NCBI RefSeq assembly: GCF_001194135.2
Contig: NC_068998.1
Location: forward strand, 37,036,441-37,071,531
DNA from: Octopus bimaculoides
Taxonomy: Eukaryota
DNA length: 35,091 bases
Reading direction: 5' to 3'
The notes under the pieces are model-generated. The model did no database searches and had not been told where the DNA came from. It was given only the letters and a program-made list of their open reading frames with translations. The position numbers were made by a program, and so were the translations under genes. Shown here piece by piece: positions 1 to 10,699 of this stretch (position 1 is the first letter of the stretch; every line of letters begins with the position of its first letter).

Positions 1-577
1 ATACATGTATATTTAAGTATATATATCTAGATACATACATATGCATATATATATGTATATATAAGTATATACGTATATATAAACATTCACAAACACTTCT
101 CTGTGTGTGTGTATGTGTGTGTGTGTGTGTGTGTTTGTGTGTGTGTTTGTGTGTGTGTGTGTGTACGCGCGCGCGTGTGCTATCGTGTGATAATGATTGA
201 TGTCAGTTAAACTTACTGTAAACATTTCAGGTCTTTGGAAATTTCACATTTTACGTTTTTTTATTATGTATTTTTGTAAAATCAGTTTTTTTGCCACGTG
301 TTCCTGCTCTGAGTCGTCATGTCATCTTCAGTGTTAGTATGGCTTACGGTGTTTAAATAATTGGTTTGCACTAATTAATTGACATTTATTATTTAATTAT
401 GTGACATGTGGTGTGTAAATTAACTGACACGCCGTATTCACTTAGTTGACTTAAGTTGTTTAATTAATTGACTCGGGGTTACGTATGTTCAAACCGTTCC
501 TGATTTTGAATTCGTCTTTCGTTTCTCTTGAGTCAACTTAATAAATACCAGATACAAAGATCAAAATGTTTTAGTTT

Positions 578-720
578 GAGCTGGCAGAATCGTTAACACG
601 CGAGAAACAGTATTTACAGAATACCTTCCGGAGTTGCATTCTGAATTGAAATGCTGCCAGCGTTTACTTTCCTCTTTATCCGTCTATGGCCGATGAAATA
701 AATACCAGTTGAGTGATTGA
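578..720 (+). mobile_element. tRNA-derived SINE family A, degenerate copy
   Basis: Begins GAGCTGGCAGAATCGTTAACACG, the head shared with the intact copies at 19242 and 20538; the rest is diverged. Confidence 0.7.
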
Positions 721-796
721 TTTCCGCACTGTTCGAATTTCCAATTTACTTTTTTAGTTTTGTTTTGCAAAATATAAAGGTTTGTTATTAGTATTA

Positions 797-1010
797 GGTG
801 GTGAGTTGGTGGAATCGATAGCGCATTGGACAAAATGCTTAGCAGCGTTTCTTCCGTTCTTTCATCTCTTGTGTTCAAACTCCACCGAGGTCAATTTTGC
901 CTTTTATCCATTCGGATTCTAAGTTCTAGTCAAATAATCGGTGTGAATCTAATCGACTTGCCCCTCCCCTCAAACTTGCTGAACTTGTGCCAAATTTCGA
1001 AAGAGCTTAT
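797..1010 (+). mobile_element. tRNA-derived SINE family A
   Basis: GGTGGTGAGTTGGTGGAATCG...AAATGCTTAGC...GTTCAAACTCCACCGAGGTC (B-box-like)...TAATCGACTTGCCCCTCCCC; collinear with the other copies. Confidence 0.85.
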
Positions 1011-1583
1011 TGCTATTGTTTAATCATAGACACACTCTGATTATGCAGCATTGTAATCAACCAGCGTTTTAGGTGTATCTAGAATTAAAGTAATTTAGAA
1101 TATAACCTTACCTTTCAAAGATGGTGGTCTGCGATTTGAAGAAGATGTGGTTTTTAGTTTTGGAAAATTAGGCTGCTTTATTGGCATGATACCGCTATGT
1201 TACATAGAAATAAGATATTGAGTTATGTATCCACTTTGTTTCTGAGCGTGTATGTGCGCATGTGTGTCTGAGTGTAAGTGTGATTGTAAGTTTATGTGAG
1301 CATATTGCTCCTTTCTTAACTTGGATTTTATTAGCAGCGTAATGTCAGACGTGTGGGCTACGAATTCCATAGGGTGGCCACTATATATACATGTGTTTGC
1401 TTTAGTCAAAGATATGTCACGGTTAAAGAAATGAGTGGCCAACTGAGCTACAGTCGAAGGAGGTCGCATTACGTCATCCGATTTAACAGACACATCTTCC
1501 TTGATGTTATGTATTTCAAATATAAACCAAAATATAGCCAACAAAATTGCTAAAAAGACCATAAAATGTAATAATGATAATAA

Positions 1584-1790
1584 TCCTTTCTACTAAAGGC
1601 TTGACATTTGCAGGTATGGGGTTAAGTCGACCACATCGATCTCAGTACTTGACTGGTATTTAATTTATCGACTCTGAAAAGATGAAAGGCAAACTCGACC
1701 TCGGCAGAATTTGAACTCAGAATGTAAGACGGGCTGAATACCGCTAAGCACTTTCCCGGCGTGATAACAATTCTGCAAGCTCGCCGCCTT
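1584..1790 (-). mobile_element. tRNA-derived SINE family A, full length
   Basis: Reverse complement reads AAGGCGGCGAGCTTGCAGAATTG...CTGAGTTCAAATTCTGCCGAGGTCGAG...AGTAGAAAGGA, with ATT-type repeats on both flanks. Confidence 0.9.

Positions 1791-1791
<1 letters not shown>

Positions 1792-1850
<59 letters not shown>
1792..1850. repeat. (TAA)n microsatellite
   Basis: Direct reading of the sequence. Confidence 0.98.
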
Positions 1851-1853
<3 letters not shown>

Positions 1854-2044
1854 GAGGATAGCTATATTGCTGTATAGGACGATCTTCTTACGTGTACTCT
1901 GCAAGGTATATTATGTTGTCTCATTCTGAGTAATTTATATGACGTCCATATGATGGCACGCGACTAAAATGAGGTCATTTCGCTTGTGTGTGTGTGTGCA
2001 TTGAACAAGAAATAAAACGCAGACAAAGCAAAGAAGTAACTATT

Positions 2045-2140
2045 CAACCCCAGGCTATAGTGCACGACACTTGGCTAAGATGCCGTGCAGATGTATGTGG
2101 TCCGAAACTATGTGACTACAAAGCCAGCTACTTAACATAG
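2045..2140 (-). mobile_element. SINE family B head fragment
   Basis: GGCTATAGT...GACACTTGGCTAAGATGCC matches the family B copy at 21326-21485. Confidence 0.65.
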
Positions 2141-2159
2141 CAATCCTGACCGCCATATG

Positions 2160-2160
2160 T

Positions 2161-2212
<52 letters not shown>
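2160..2212. repeat. (GA)n microsatellite
   Basis: Direct reading of the sequence. Confidence 0.98.
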
Positions 2213-2216
<4 letters not shown>

Positions 2217-2686
2217 TTGAAGGAGAGAATGAACAAGTATAAGGGAAAGAGAAAGCGAGAAGCTGAGACACACTTCGTGCACACATATATGAACACACAC
2301 AGACACACATATACACGCACGCACACACACGCGTTCGTGCGCCCGCGCACAGAGATGAATAAATATAGGTATAGAATTTTAGATTATAGGTATATGCATA
2401 CATATAATTAATAAATGCGTTGACTCGCGGGTCAAGAGTTTGGCAAGAGATTTGGTTCACATCGCTACAATATTCTCACTCTTTATATAAATGTAGAACT
2501 AATAAATAGAAAATATACATACTCTAATTCATATATTGAGTTCTTTTGTTATCGTTTGAAGGACCAAACCAGCATATTATACATGCACACATACAGATAC
2601 ACACACACACACAAATATATGTATACACATATATATATATATGTGTGTGTGTGTGTATTATATATATATATATATAATACTAATAT

Positions 2687-2760
2687 ATACTAATATATAC
2701 TTTTGTTATTTACACCACCTGTCCTCGTCTGTTGTTATTATTTGTATATTCTCCCATATA
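2687..2760 (-). mobile_element. Short dispersed repeat embedded in (TA)n; inverted copy of 6850-6923
   Basis: 73 of 74 bases are identical to the reverse complement of 6850-6923. Confidence 0.8.
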
Positions 2761-3472
2761 TATATATATATATATATATACATACATATATTTACGTATA
2801 TATATACGTATATGTGTGTATGTGTGTGTGAATTTATGCGTGTCTGTGAACGTGTATGCATGTGCATACCTGCGTGTGTGTGTTTCTACATAAACGCTAT
2901 ATTGACATGCCATTATATCAGTAATAACAACGAGGACCCAAACACGCACACCTTCACTACACTAAATCATCATTGCCGACATTGCCGGCACAATCGCCAT
3001 TTCATTTTTGCCATGCTTTGTTGAAGCGAAGAATGAATGGCAAACCTGCATCTTTGATAGATTTTAATCAAAGAAATCTATTTTCGTTTAACTAATCTCA
3101 TCGTCTACGGCTCTCCATGAGAGAGAGAGAAAGAAAGTGTGTGTGTGTGTGTGTCTGTCTGTCTTTCACAGAAATAAACGCAGCCCGTCTTCTTGTATCC
3201 TATTACACTTCTATAACTTGCAGTAGCTCTATTATGTGAACGTAATTGTACTAAAGCAATCCGATATGAATTTCTATTATTAATACCAGCTTTGTCAGGT
3301 AGATTACAAGTGATGACGGTGTAATATTGTAACGTGGACTTGGCGGTTCAATATAGAGAACTATTTCTCATATTTCTTCTTCCATTTCTTTTACTTATTC
3401 TGGTTCTTTTTGTTGTTCTTTTCATTCTTTGTTGTCGTTGTTTTTCTTCTTTTCCATCTTCTACTTCAACTT

Positions 3473-3474
<2 letters not shown>

Positions 3475-3516
<42 letters not shown>
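3475..3516. repeat. (CAT)n microsatellite
   Basis: Direct reading of the sequence. Confidence 0.98.
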
Positions 3517-3526
3517 AATTATTATT

Positions 3527-3740
3527 AAGGCCGCCAGGTGGCAGAATCGTTCGCACACCGAGTCAAATGCTTTGCGGCATTTCGTCCGTCTTTACGTTCT
3601 GAGTTCAATTCCCGCTGAGGCTGATACTGCTTTTCATCATTTCGGGATTGATTTAAATAAGTGTCAGTTCATCACTGGGGTTGATGTAATCGCTTTATCT
3701 CTCCTCAAAATTTCAGGCCTTGTGCCTACAAAAGAAAGGT
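3527..3740 (+). mobile_element. tRNA-derived SINE family A, full length
   Basis: AAGGCCGCCAGGTGGCAGAATCG...TTCTGAGTTCAATTCC...AGGCCTTGTGCCTACAAAAGAAAGG followed by an ATT-like tail. Confidence 0.9.
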
Positions 3741-3763
3741 TTATCATCAGTAGTATTATAATT

Positions 3764-4245
3764 GGTTTTCGTATTCAAAAGCATGGATGTTGTTCTAAAG
3801 TCTGTTGACAAGAAGTCTCCTCAAACCTCAGTAATCGTTTCAAGGACTCATGCAAAATTTTCAAAAAATTGCACTTTTCTGCTGATCTACAACACGAACC
3901 CCAGTTTCTTACGTAGCAGTTTGGGTTTTGTGCCAAGTACACCAATTATCACTGGAATTATCACTTTTCTTAAGTCTTCCATAATTTCTTCAAACTCTCT
4001 GGCTAGGTCCTGATATTTTTCAGTTTTTTTTTTAATTACCTTCGCCTCCATTGTTATCATATGGCATTACAAAATCTGTGTTTCACCGTTTACTTCGTAC
4101 CCTATAATCATTTCTTTTTTTTCCCTCAGAGTTATGGTCAAACTTTACTGGGAAGTCCCATAGAATCCTATTATTCTTATTCTTTGTCATAATCTCTGGA
4201 TTGTCTTCATACCACTTTTGTGTTATTTCGAAGTTACACTCAGGG
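3764..4245 (-). mobile_element. Decayed 3' end of an RLE-type non-LTR retrotransposon (R4/Dong-like)
   Basis: Minus-strand translation across stops and frameshifts gives KWYEDNPE...NRILWDFPVKFDH...TDFVMPYDNN...KKTEKYQDLARE...IIPVIIGVLGT, the PD-(D/E)xK restriction-like endonuclease C-terminus of this group; AAT-like tail near 3740-3763. Confidence 0.8.
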
Positions 4246-4261
4246 ATAACATATCAGCTTC

Positions 4262-4470
4262 ATATTTTGGCACAAGGACAGGACATTTGGGGAGGAGAAT
4301 GCTTGTCGATTACATCAATTCTTGTTTTCAACTGGAACTTTATTTATCGAACCCCGAAAGGATGAAAAGCAAAGTCGACCTCGGCGAATTTGAACCGGGA
4401 ACGTGCAGACAGACGATATGCTGCTAAGCATTTTGCCCCGCTTGCTAACGATTCTGCCAGGTCGCCACTT
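4262..4470 (-). mobile_element. tRNA-derived SINE family A, full length
   Basis: Reverse complement reads AAGTGGCGACCTGGCAGAATCGTTAGC...GTTCAAATTCGCCGAGGTCGACTTTGC...CCTTGTGCCAAAA. Confidence 0.9.
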
Positions 4471-4539
4471 TATATAAGGATAATAAATCAATGCACTCAT
4501 CTACTTGCACAGTCAAGCCTGTGCTCATACTCTTTTCGT

Positions 4540-4625
4540 GAAATAAGTACCAGCTGAGCACTGTGGGTCGATGTAATAAATTTAAACCTGCCCGGAAATT
4601 GTTGACCTTGTGGCAAAATTAAAAA
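4540..4625 (+). mobile_element. SINE family A, 3' fragment
   Basis: AAATAAGTACCAGCTGAGCACTGTGGGTCGATGTAAT...CCTTGTGGCAAAA plus an ATT tail. Confidence 0.7.
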
Positions 4626-5419
4626 CCAATATCATTATTATTATTCCTCCGCTTATATGCTATCTAGAATATGCTATGAAGTAACTTCAAGGATAAGTAT
4701 GATGGACTATTCATAGATTTGTACTCAGACCACGACCAAGTGTTGTACTCTGATGAACTAAGAGCAAACAAATAAGCACATCTTTGGTACATTTTTATTG
4801 CAAAAGAACAAAGATATTTCCATGTTTGACACGTCTCATTGATGTTGCTGTTGCTGTTGTCATATAACACAAAGTCAGCCCAATGGGGCTATTATCACTA
4901 AAATCTAAATGTGAGTATATTAATACATTTTTAGACACATTGTATCTCGGGCAACAACTTTAAAAAATTTCTATTCGTTTTAAGATGATAGGAAATGTTT
5001 GATGTTGAGATTTAATTACTATATTTAGCAGGTTGAGAGACATACACTTAAAAAAAACTTTATGAGAGCATGTTCTACCCCACTTTCGCCTCATCAATTA
5101 TTCTGCAGTTTATAGCCTCAACCAGCCAAAATCGCACCATAAACATATTCTCTTACAATTCCTCTCTCCAATAAAAACGGAATTATGGCTACTTTTTACT
5201 CGCTAACCCCAAACACAAAACAATTCCACAGTAGAGCCTGAACATTAACTGCAATAATTTCACACAGAATTCTTTGTCTAGCGCACGACAAGGTGGAGAT
5301 ACTGGCATTATATTCTTAAGTCATTGTTTCTGCCTGTGCATATCCGACAAAGCAGTCTATATATAGCACACTGTACTACTGTATATCAAAATATATCATT
5401 GCATATCAACTCCTCTGTC

Positions 5420-5496
5420 TGCATTTTTCTATCGATTTGTTATGTCATATATGTATATTTACATGATACACGTATACATGCATATATATATATATG

Positions 5497-5562
<66 letters not shown>

Positions 5563-5730
5563 ATTGTATTCATAGATATATGTGTGTGTATATACACACT
5601 TACAAGCACACATACATATATACGTATATGTATGTAAGTGCGTATGTATACGTATGTTTGTATACCTGTATGTATTTATGTATTTATGTATATATGTATG
5701 TATTTGTGTATTTGTGTATGTACAATTATC
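5420..5730. repeat. Compound (TA)n/(TATG)n microsatellite tract
   Basis: Direct reading; it explains the YI-repeat ORFs here. Confidence 0.95.
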
Positions 5731-6105
5731 ATGGTTAAGAAAATTATATTTAACACGGTAAATCACGTAGACATTGTGTAAATATTCCCGCAATGGTGCT
5801 CGGAACATTCTGGAATTCATGTAGACAATGCACCAAACTTATTACTGAGTAAATTGCAAGGAGTTCTTGCACAACAACAATTGTTACAAGTAGCTATTGG
5901 TTTTTGCGCAGACGTTTTCTAACTTAAAATTTCTATAGGACTATTCTTTAAGGTGTGATTATATCCCACACAGTTACATACAAACACATACACACTTCGG
6001 CTATCTATCTATCTATCTATCTATCTACTTATCTGTCTGTCCATCTGCCTGTCTGTCTATCAATCTGTCTGTCTTACTGTTTGTCTATAAAAAACAGGCG
6101 TGTAT

Positions 6106-6144
<39 letters not shown>

Positions 6145-6395
6145 NNNNNNNNNNNNNNNNNNNNNNNNNNNNNNNNNNNNNNNNNNNNNNNNNNNNNNNN
6201 NNNNNNNNNNNNNNNNNNNNNNNNNNNNNNNNNNNNNNNNNNNNNNNNNNNNNNNNNNNNNNNNNNNNNNNNNNNNNNNNNNNNNNNNNNNNNNNNNNNN
6301 NNNNNNNNNNNNNNNNNNNNNNNNNNNNNNNNNNNNNNNNNNNNNNNNNNNNNNNNNNNNNNNNNNNNNNNNNNNNNNNNNNNNNNNNNNNNNNN
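6145..6395. other. Assembly gap (N-run)
   Basis: Run of N. Other gaps are at 8588-8610, 15010-15579, 17775-18305, 24357-24366, 27377-27519 and 28044-28053; most abut microsatellites. Confidence 1.
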
Positions 6396-6399
6396 GTAA

Positions 6400-6610
6400 G
6401 TCGAGCTGGCAGAATCGTTAGCACGATGGGCAAAATGCTTCGCAGTATTTCACCCGTCGCTAAGTTCTGAGTTCAAATTCCACCGTAGTTGATTTTGCCT
6501 TTTATCCTTTCGGGGTTGATAAATTAAGTATTTTTGAAACACTGGAGACGATGTAATCGACTTAGCCCCTGCCACCAAATTTCAGGCCTTGTGCCTATAA
6601 TAGAAAAGAT
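6400..6610 (+). mobile_element. tRNA-derived SINE family A, full length
   Basis: CGAGCTGGCAGAATCGTTAGCAC...TTCTGAGTTCAAATTCCACCG...AGGCCTTGTGCCTATAATAGAAAAGA plus an (ATT)n tail. Confidence 0.9.
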
Positions 6611-6853
6611 TATTATTAGTAGTATTATTATTATTATTGTTGTTGCTGTTGTCGCTATTATATAAAACTGGATAGAAACATGCAGGTTAGATGCATTCGT
6701 ACATAGAGAGATAGGTAGATAATTTGATAAATACGCGCATATACGGAGGTATATACACATACATACACACATGTACACACACACGCACATATATACACAT
6801 AAATATATATCCTTACACTCACAAATACACGTTTGCAACTATACGTGTATATA

Positions 6854-6934
6854 TGGGAGAATATACAAAAAATAACAACAGACGAGGACAGGTGGTGTAA
6901 ATAACAAAAGTATATATTAGTATGACGCTCGGGA
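6854..6934 (+). mobile_element. 81-bp inserted element with a 13-bp target-site duplication
   Basis: Flanked by the direct repeat ATACGTGTATATA (6841-6853 and 6935-6947); a second copy lies at 2687-2760. Confidence 0.7.
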
Positions 6935-7678
6935 ATACGTGTATATAACTGTGTGTGCGTATATATATATATATATATATACGCGCGCGCACACATATAC
7001 TGATAAGGGATGAAACCCCAGATACGCTACTGTCCATGTTTAGTATTCCAAAACGGTTATGGTTAACAACGTAAGCTTTCGGCCATATCCAATCAACGAA
7101 TGTTATTAAAATACAACCACTTCTAATGGTGTTATAGTAGCCAGTTTGCCTTTTGTTGTTTCTATTGTGTAAATCACTTTATCTGCCCGTTTATCTTATC
7201 TATTACGAAAACCATGATAGGTTGAGAGATTTCCGGTGTTTCTCGTGAATACAATAAGTAAATGAGAAGAATATAATAAACAGTTGGTTAATTTGCAATG
7301 GACACCTACAGGCTTTTTTCTGTTCATGGACGATTGAAAAGAGTTTCAAGAGACTATATAGTAAGACACATGAAGTTTTGTGGTGTTCACAACCATATAC
7401 AAGTCATGATAGATTCATACGTACAAAAGATAGATTCATACGTATATACACACTCACACACATTTGTGCTCTCTATTACGTAGATATATATATAATGTGT
7501 GTGTGTGTGTGTGCGTGTGTGGTGTACATTCATATATATTTAGTGCTTATCAATATATATATGTGACAGAGAGAACACAATCGTGTGTGTACGTCAGTAT
7601 GTATATAAGTACGTATCCTTCTTTCTCTTGCTTTGTCTCTCTCTCTCTCTTTCTCTCTGTCTGTATATCTCTCTCTCT

Positions 7679-7724
<46 letters not shown>

Positions 7725-8527
7725 CCCTCTCTCTCCTCTTCTCTCTCTCCCCCTCTCTCTCCCCTTCTCTCTCTCTCCCCCTCTCTCTCTCTTACTTGTC
7801 TGTCTCTCAAACATTATCTTCTTTGCTTTTTATATACTTATGCTTACACCCATACATATACGGACTAGGATATGCGCATCTACACGGAAGTATGTTAATA
7901 CGATACAGCATACTCTCACACACACGCGCGCGCGCGGGCACATCCACACATCCACTTACACACTCGACCCCCTATTCCCAAAGATACAGATATAGATATA
8001 CTACTTCGAAAATATTGGTCGATTGAATAATGAGAATAAAATAACCATATATGGTTACCAATGTTATCCCTGCACGCATACTCACACATCCACTCGCACA
8101 CGCACACGCACGCACACACACACACACACACACACATGTATATACGATCTGGGGACGCATGTGAATGAAGTTTGTAAAGCTTCAAGAAGGAATAGAGAAC
8201 GAAAAGTGGACAATGTATAATAAGCTACAATACCAATTTATTGGCGACGCGAGTAACAGACTTTTTCCTATATCGAAGTTACGAGGAACTTCGATGTGCT
8301 GATAGTTTCTATATAGCTGACAGTTAGCATCTAGAGCTGCTAAAATGCGAATGAAAAATCGAAATTGAGTGAGCGGATCAGCCAAAATGGACGCTACATA
8401 CGTTTTTAGGTAGTTGAAGCTCGTGATGCAATGAGTATAGCCCATTTTACAACAAATGCCACACGAGTTTCAGACACCTACGAAAGATATGCAGAGTGCA
8501 TTTCACCTGATCCACTCCGCATATATT

Positions 8528-8587
<60 letters not shown>

Positions 8588-8610
8588 NNNNNNNNNNNNN
8601 NNNNNNNNNN

Positions 8611-8644
<34 letters not shown>

Positions 8645-8721
8645 GGAGTGAATCAGGTGAAACATACATACACGCATATACACATGCATATGTAAATATA
8701 TTTATATATAGGTACAGGTGT

Positions 8722-9262
8722 TTGTGTTTGGTAGTAATTTTGATTCCCAGCCATATGGCTCTGGGTTCAATCTCATTGTATAACTCCTTGGGTCATTGTA
8801 TTCTACTATAGCCTCGGGCCGAACAAAATCTCGTGAATGCATTTTGTAGATAGACAGGAACTGTAAGAAGGCTGTCATATATATATGTGTGTATGTATGT
8901 TTTATAAAACTATGTGTCTGCATTTTATGTAACTGTGTATATATATATATATATATATTTGGTATGGGACAATTATAAAAACAAAATAAATGCACACATA
9001 TACAAGCACACACACACACATGCGTGTGAGTGAGTGTCTTTATGTATGTCGTGGGGTGTACCCGTGCATTTGTTTTTATACTTGTTCCACACTGCTTCAC
9101 AAGCAGTGTTGGTCTAATTATATCCCCGTAATTTGGCGGTTCGGTAAAAGAAAATCAACAGAATAAGTATCAGCATTTTAAAGTCGATTCGTTGGTCGAA
9201 AATTCCTCAACCCGGTGCTGCCTCAGCATGCCCGCAGTCTAATGAGAAAACAGAAATGAAGT
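8722..9262 (+). mobile_element. Bipartite SINE (B head, internal microsatellite, C tail), degenerate
   Basis: Head about 8722-8880 (...GGGTTCAATC...CTACTATAGCCTCGGGCCG...), then a TA/CA tract, then tail about 9124-9262 (CCCCGTAATTTGGCGGTTCGG...CAGCATGCCCGCAGTC). Confidence 0.75.
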
Positions 9263-9272
9263 ATGTATGTGC

Positions 9273-9317
<45 letters not shown>

Positions 9318-9434
9318 TGCATACTTTTGTTGTGCCCGGTATGGTATGTATTAATGTAAATTAGCATCTATGTACAGAAGTATACAGACAGTTACATAAA
9401 ATGCAGACACAATTTTTTATGAAACACACACACG

Positions 9435-9469
<35 letters not shown>

Positions 9470-10004
9470 GCACACACACATACACGCGCGCGCGCACATG
9501 TTTTTTTTTCCCAAACGCATACAGCCACATTAAGCCATACACCCAGCAAACAAATAAAATACATCTTTGAAGAGCGACTGATGTGAATATCAACCAAACA
9601 TCTGTACAAGTAGATACATGCATGTGCAAGATGTTTTCATGAAGATTACCGGTTGCTCATATATGCCAGTCTTCTCTACCCACGTTACAATTGTTTATTT
9701 AAGGGCAATGCCACTGACTCGAGTCATTACAGTTTCGCAATAATCTAGTTGCAGACGTTGCTCTCAGAATACGAGCCAGAATTATTATAATTTCTCAGAC
9801 CCTCAAACAATTTCCCAAATTCACGGCCCTGCTTTAGTACATTTTTTTATCGACCCCGAGATGATAAAAGAGAAAGGGATATCTCGGTGGGATCGAAACC
9901 CTGGTTGAATATTAATCTATCCAATAATGTAACAAGTCCCCCAATTAGCCACTTAAAACACTTATTGAGGAGAAGATAGATAAATAGATAGATGGACAGA
10001 TAAG

Positions 10005-10052
10005 TATGTATTATGTATGTATGTATGTATGTATGTATGTATGTATGTATGC
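10005..10052. repeat. (TATG)n microsatellite; an (AGAT)n tract lies at about 10453-10502
   Basis: Direct reading of the sequence. Confidence 0.95.
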
Positions 10053-10221
10053 ATGTGGTCCAAATCGGAGGTGCAATCTATGTGGGTGTCTTCTCAGAAC
10101 ATTGTTTGATTTAAAAAGCCACATCAGATTCCATGATAGTGCTAAGGTGTAGGTACAGGAGATGGTCAAACTCTGCATAAGGAGTAGACAACCACCAACC
10201 ACCATACATGTATGTATAATA

Positions 10222-10375
10222 AGAATTGTTTCAAATTTTGGCACATGGCTCTCAGTTTTAGCTAGAGGGTTACAGTCTTTTACATCGAACACAAGGGATA
10301 AAAAAGAGCGTCGACTCGGTGTGATTTGAACACACTTTGTCAGACACGCTAACAATTCTGTCAGCTCGCCACCTT
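10222..10375 (-). mobile_element. SINE family A with internal deletions
   Basis: Reverse complement begins AAGGTGGCGAGCTGACAGAATTGTTAGCG and ends CATGTGCCAAAATTTGAAAC. Confidence 0.8.
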
Positions 10376-10452
10376 CCATCTGTATATAATGGATAGGTAA
10401 AGCGACAGACAGGGAGAGAGAAAGAGAGAGACAGAGACAGACAGACAGACAA

Positions 10453-10504
<52 letters not shown>

Positions 10505-10699
10505 AACGATGGCACGCTTGGCAATAAAATCACGTTATATGTATTGAAATGTGTATATATACATTATTCATATCTTTTACGAGCATAAAGATTTTTCTGT
10601 AAATTAATCGTTTATAAAAATGTATACACGTCTGACAGTATCGTATAAATGACTGCCATATACGTTTAATTCATACTCGTAGTAGACACAGATTATGTA

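Noticed and set aside
290-332. Minus-strand CTGAAGA-TGA...TCA as a hammerhead (also CTGATGA at about 4750, 13605, 24802 and 30750)
   Set aside because: No correctly placed GAAA, stem III or NUH triplet.
1200-1562. 120-aa ORF with a hydrophobic N-terminus
   Set aside because: It starts right at a SINE ATT tail and ends in microsatellite; no recognisable domain or convincing splice pair.
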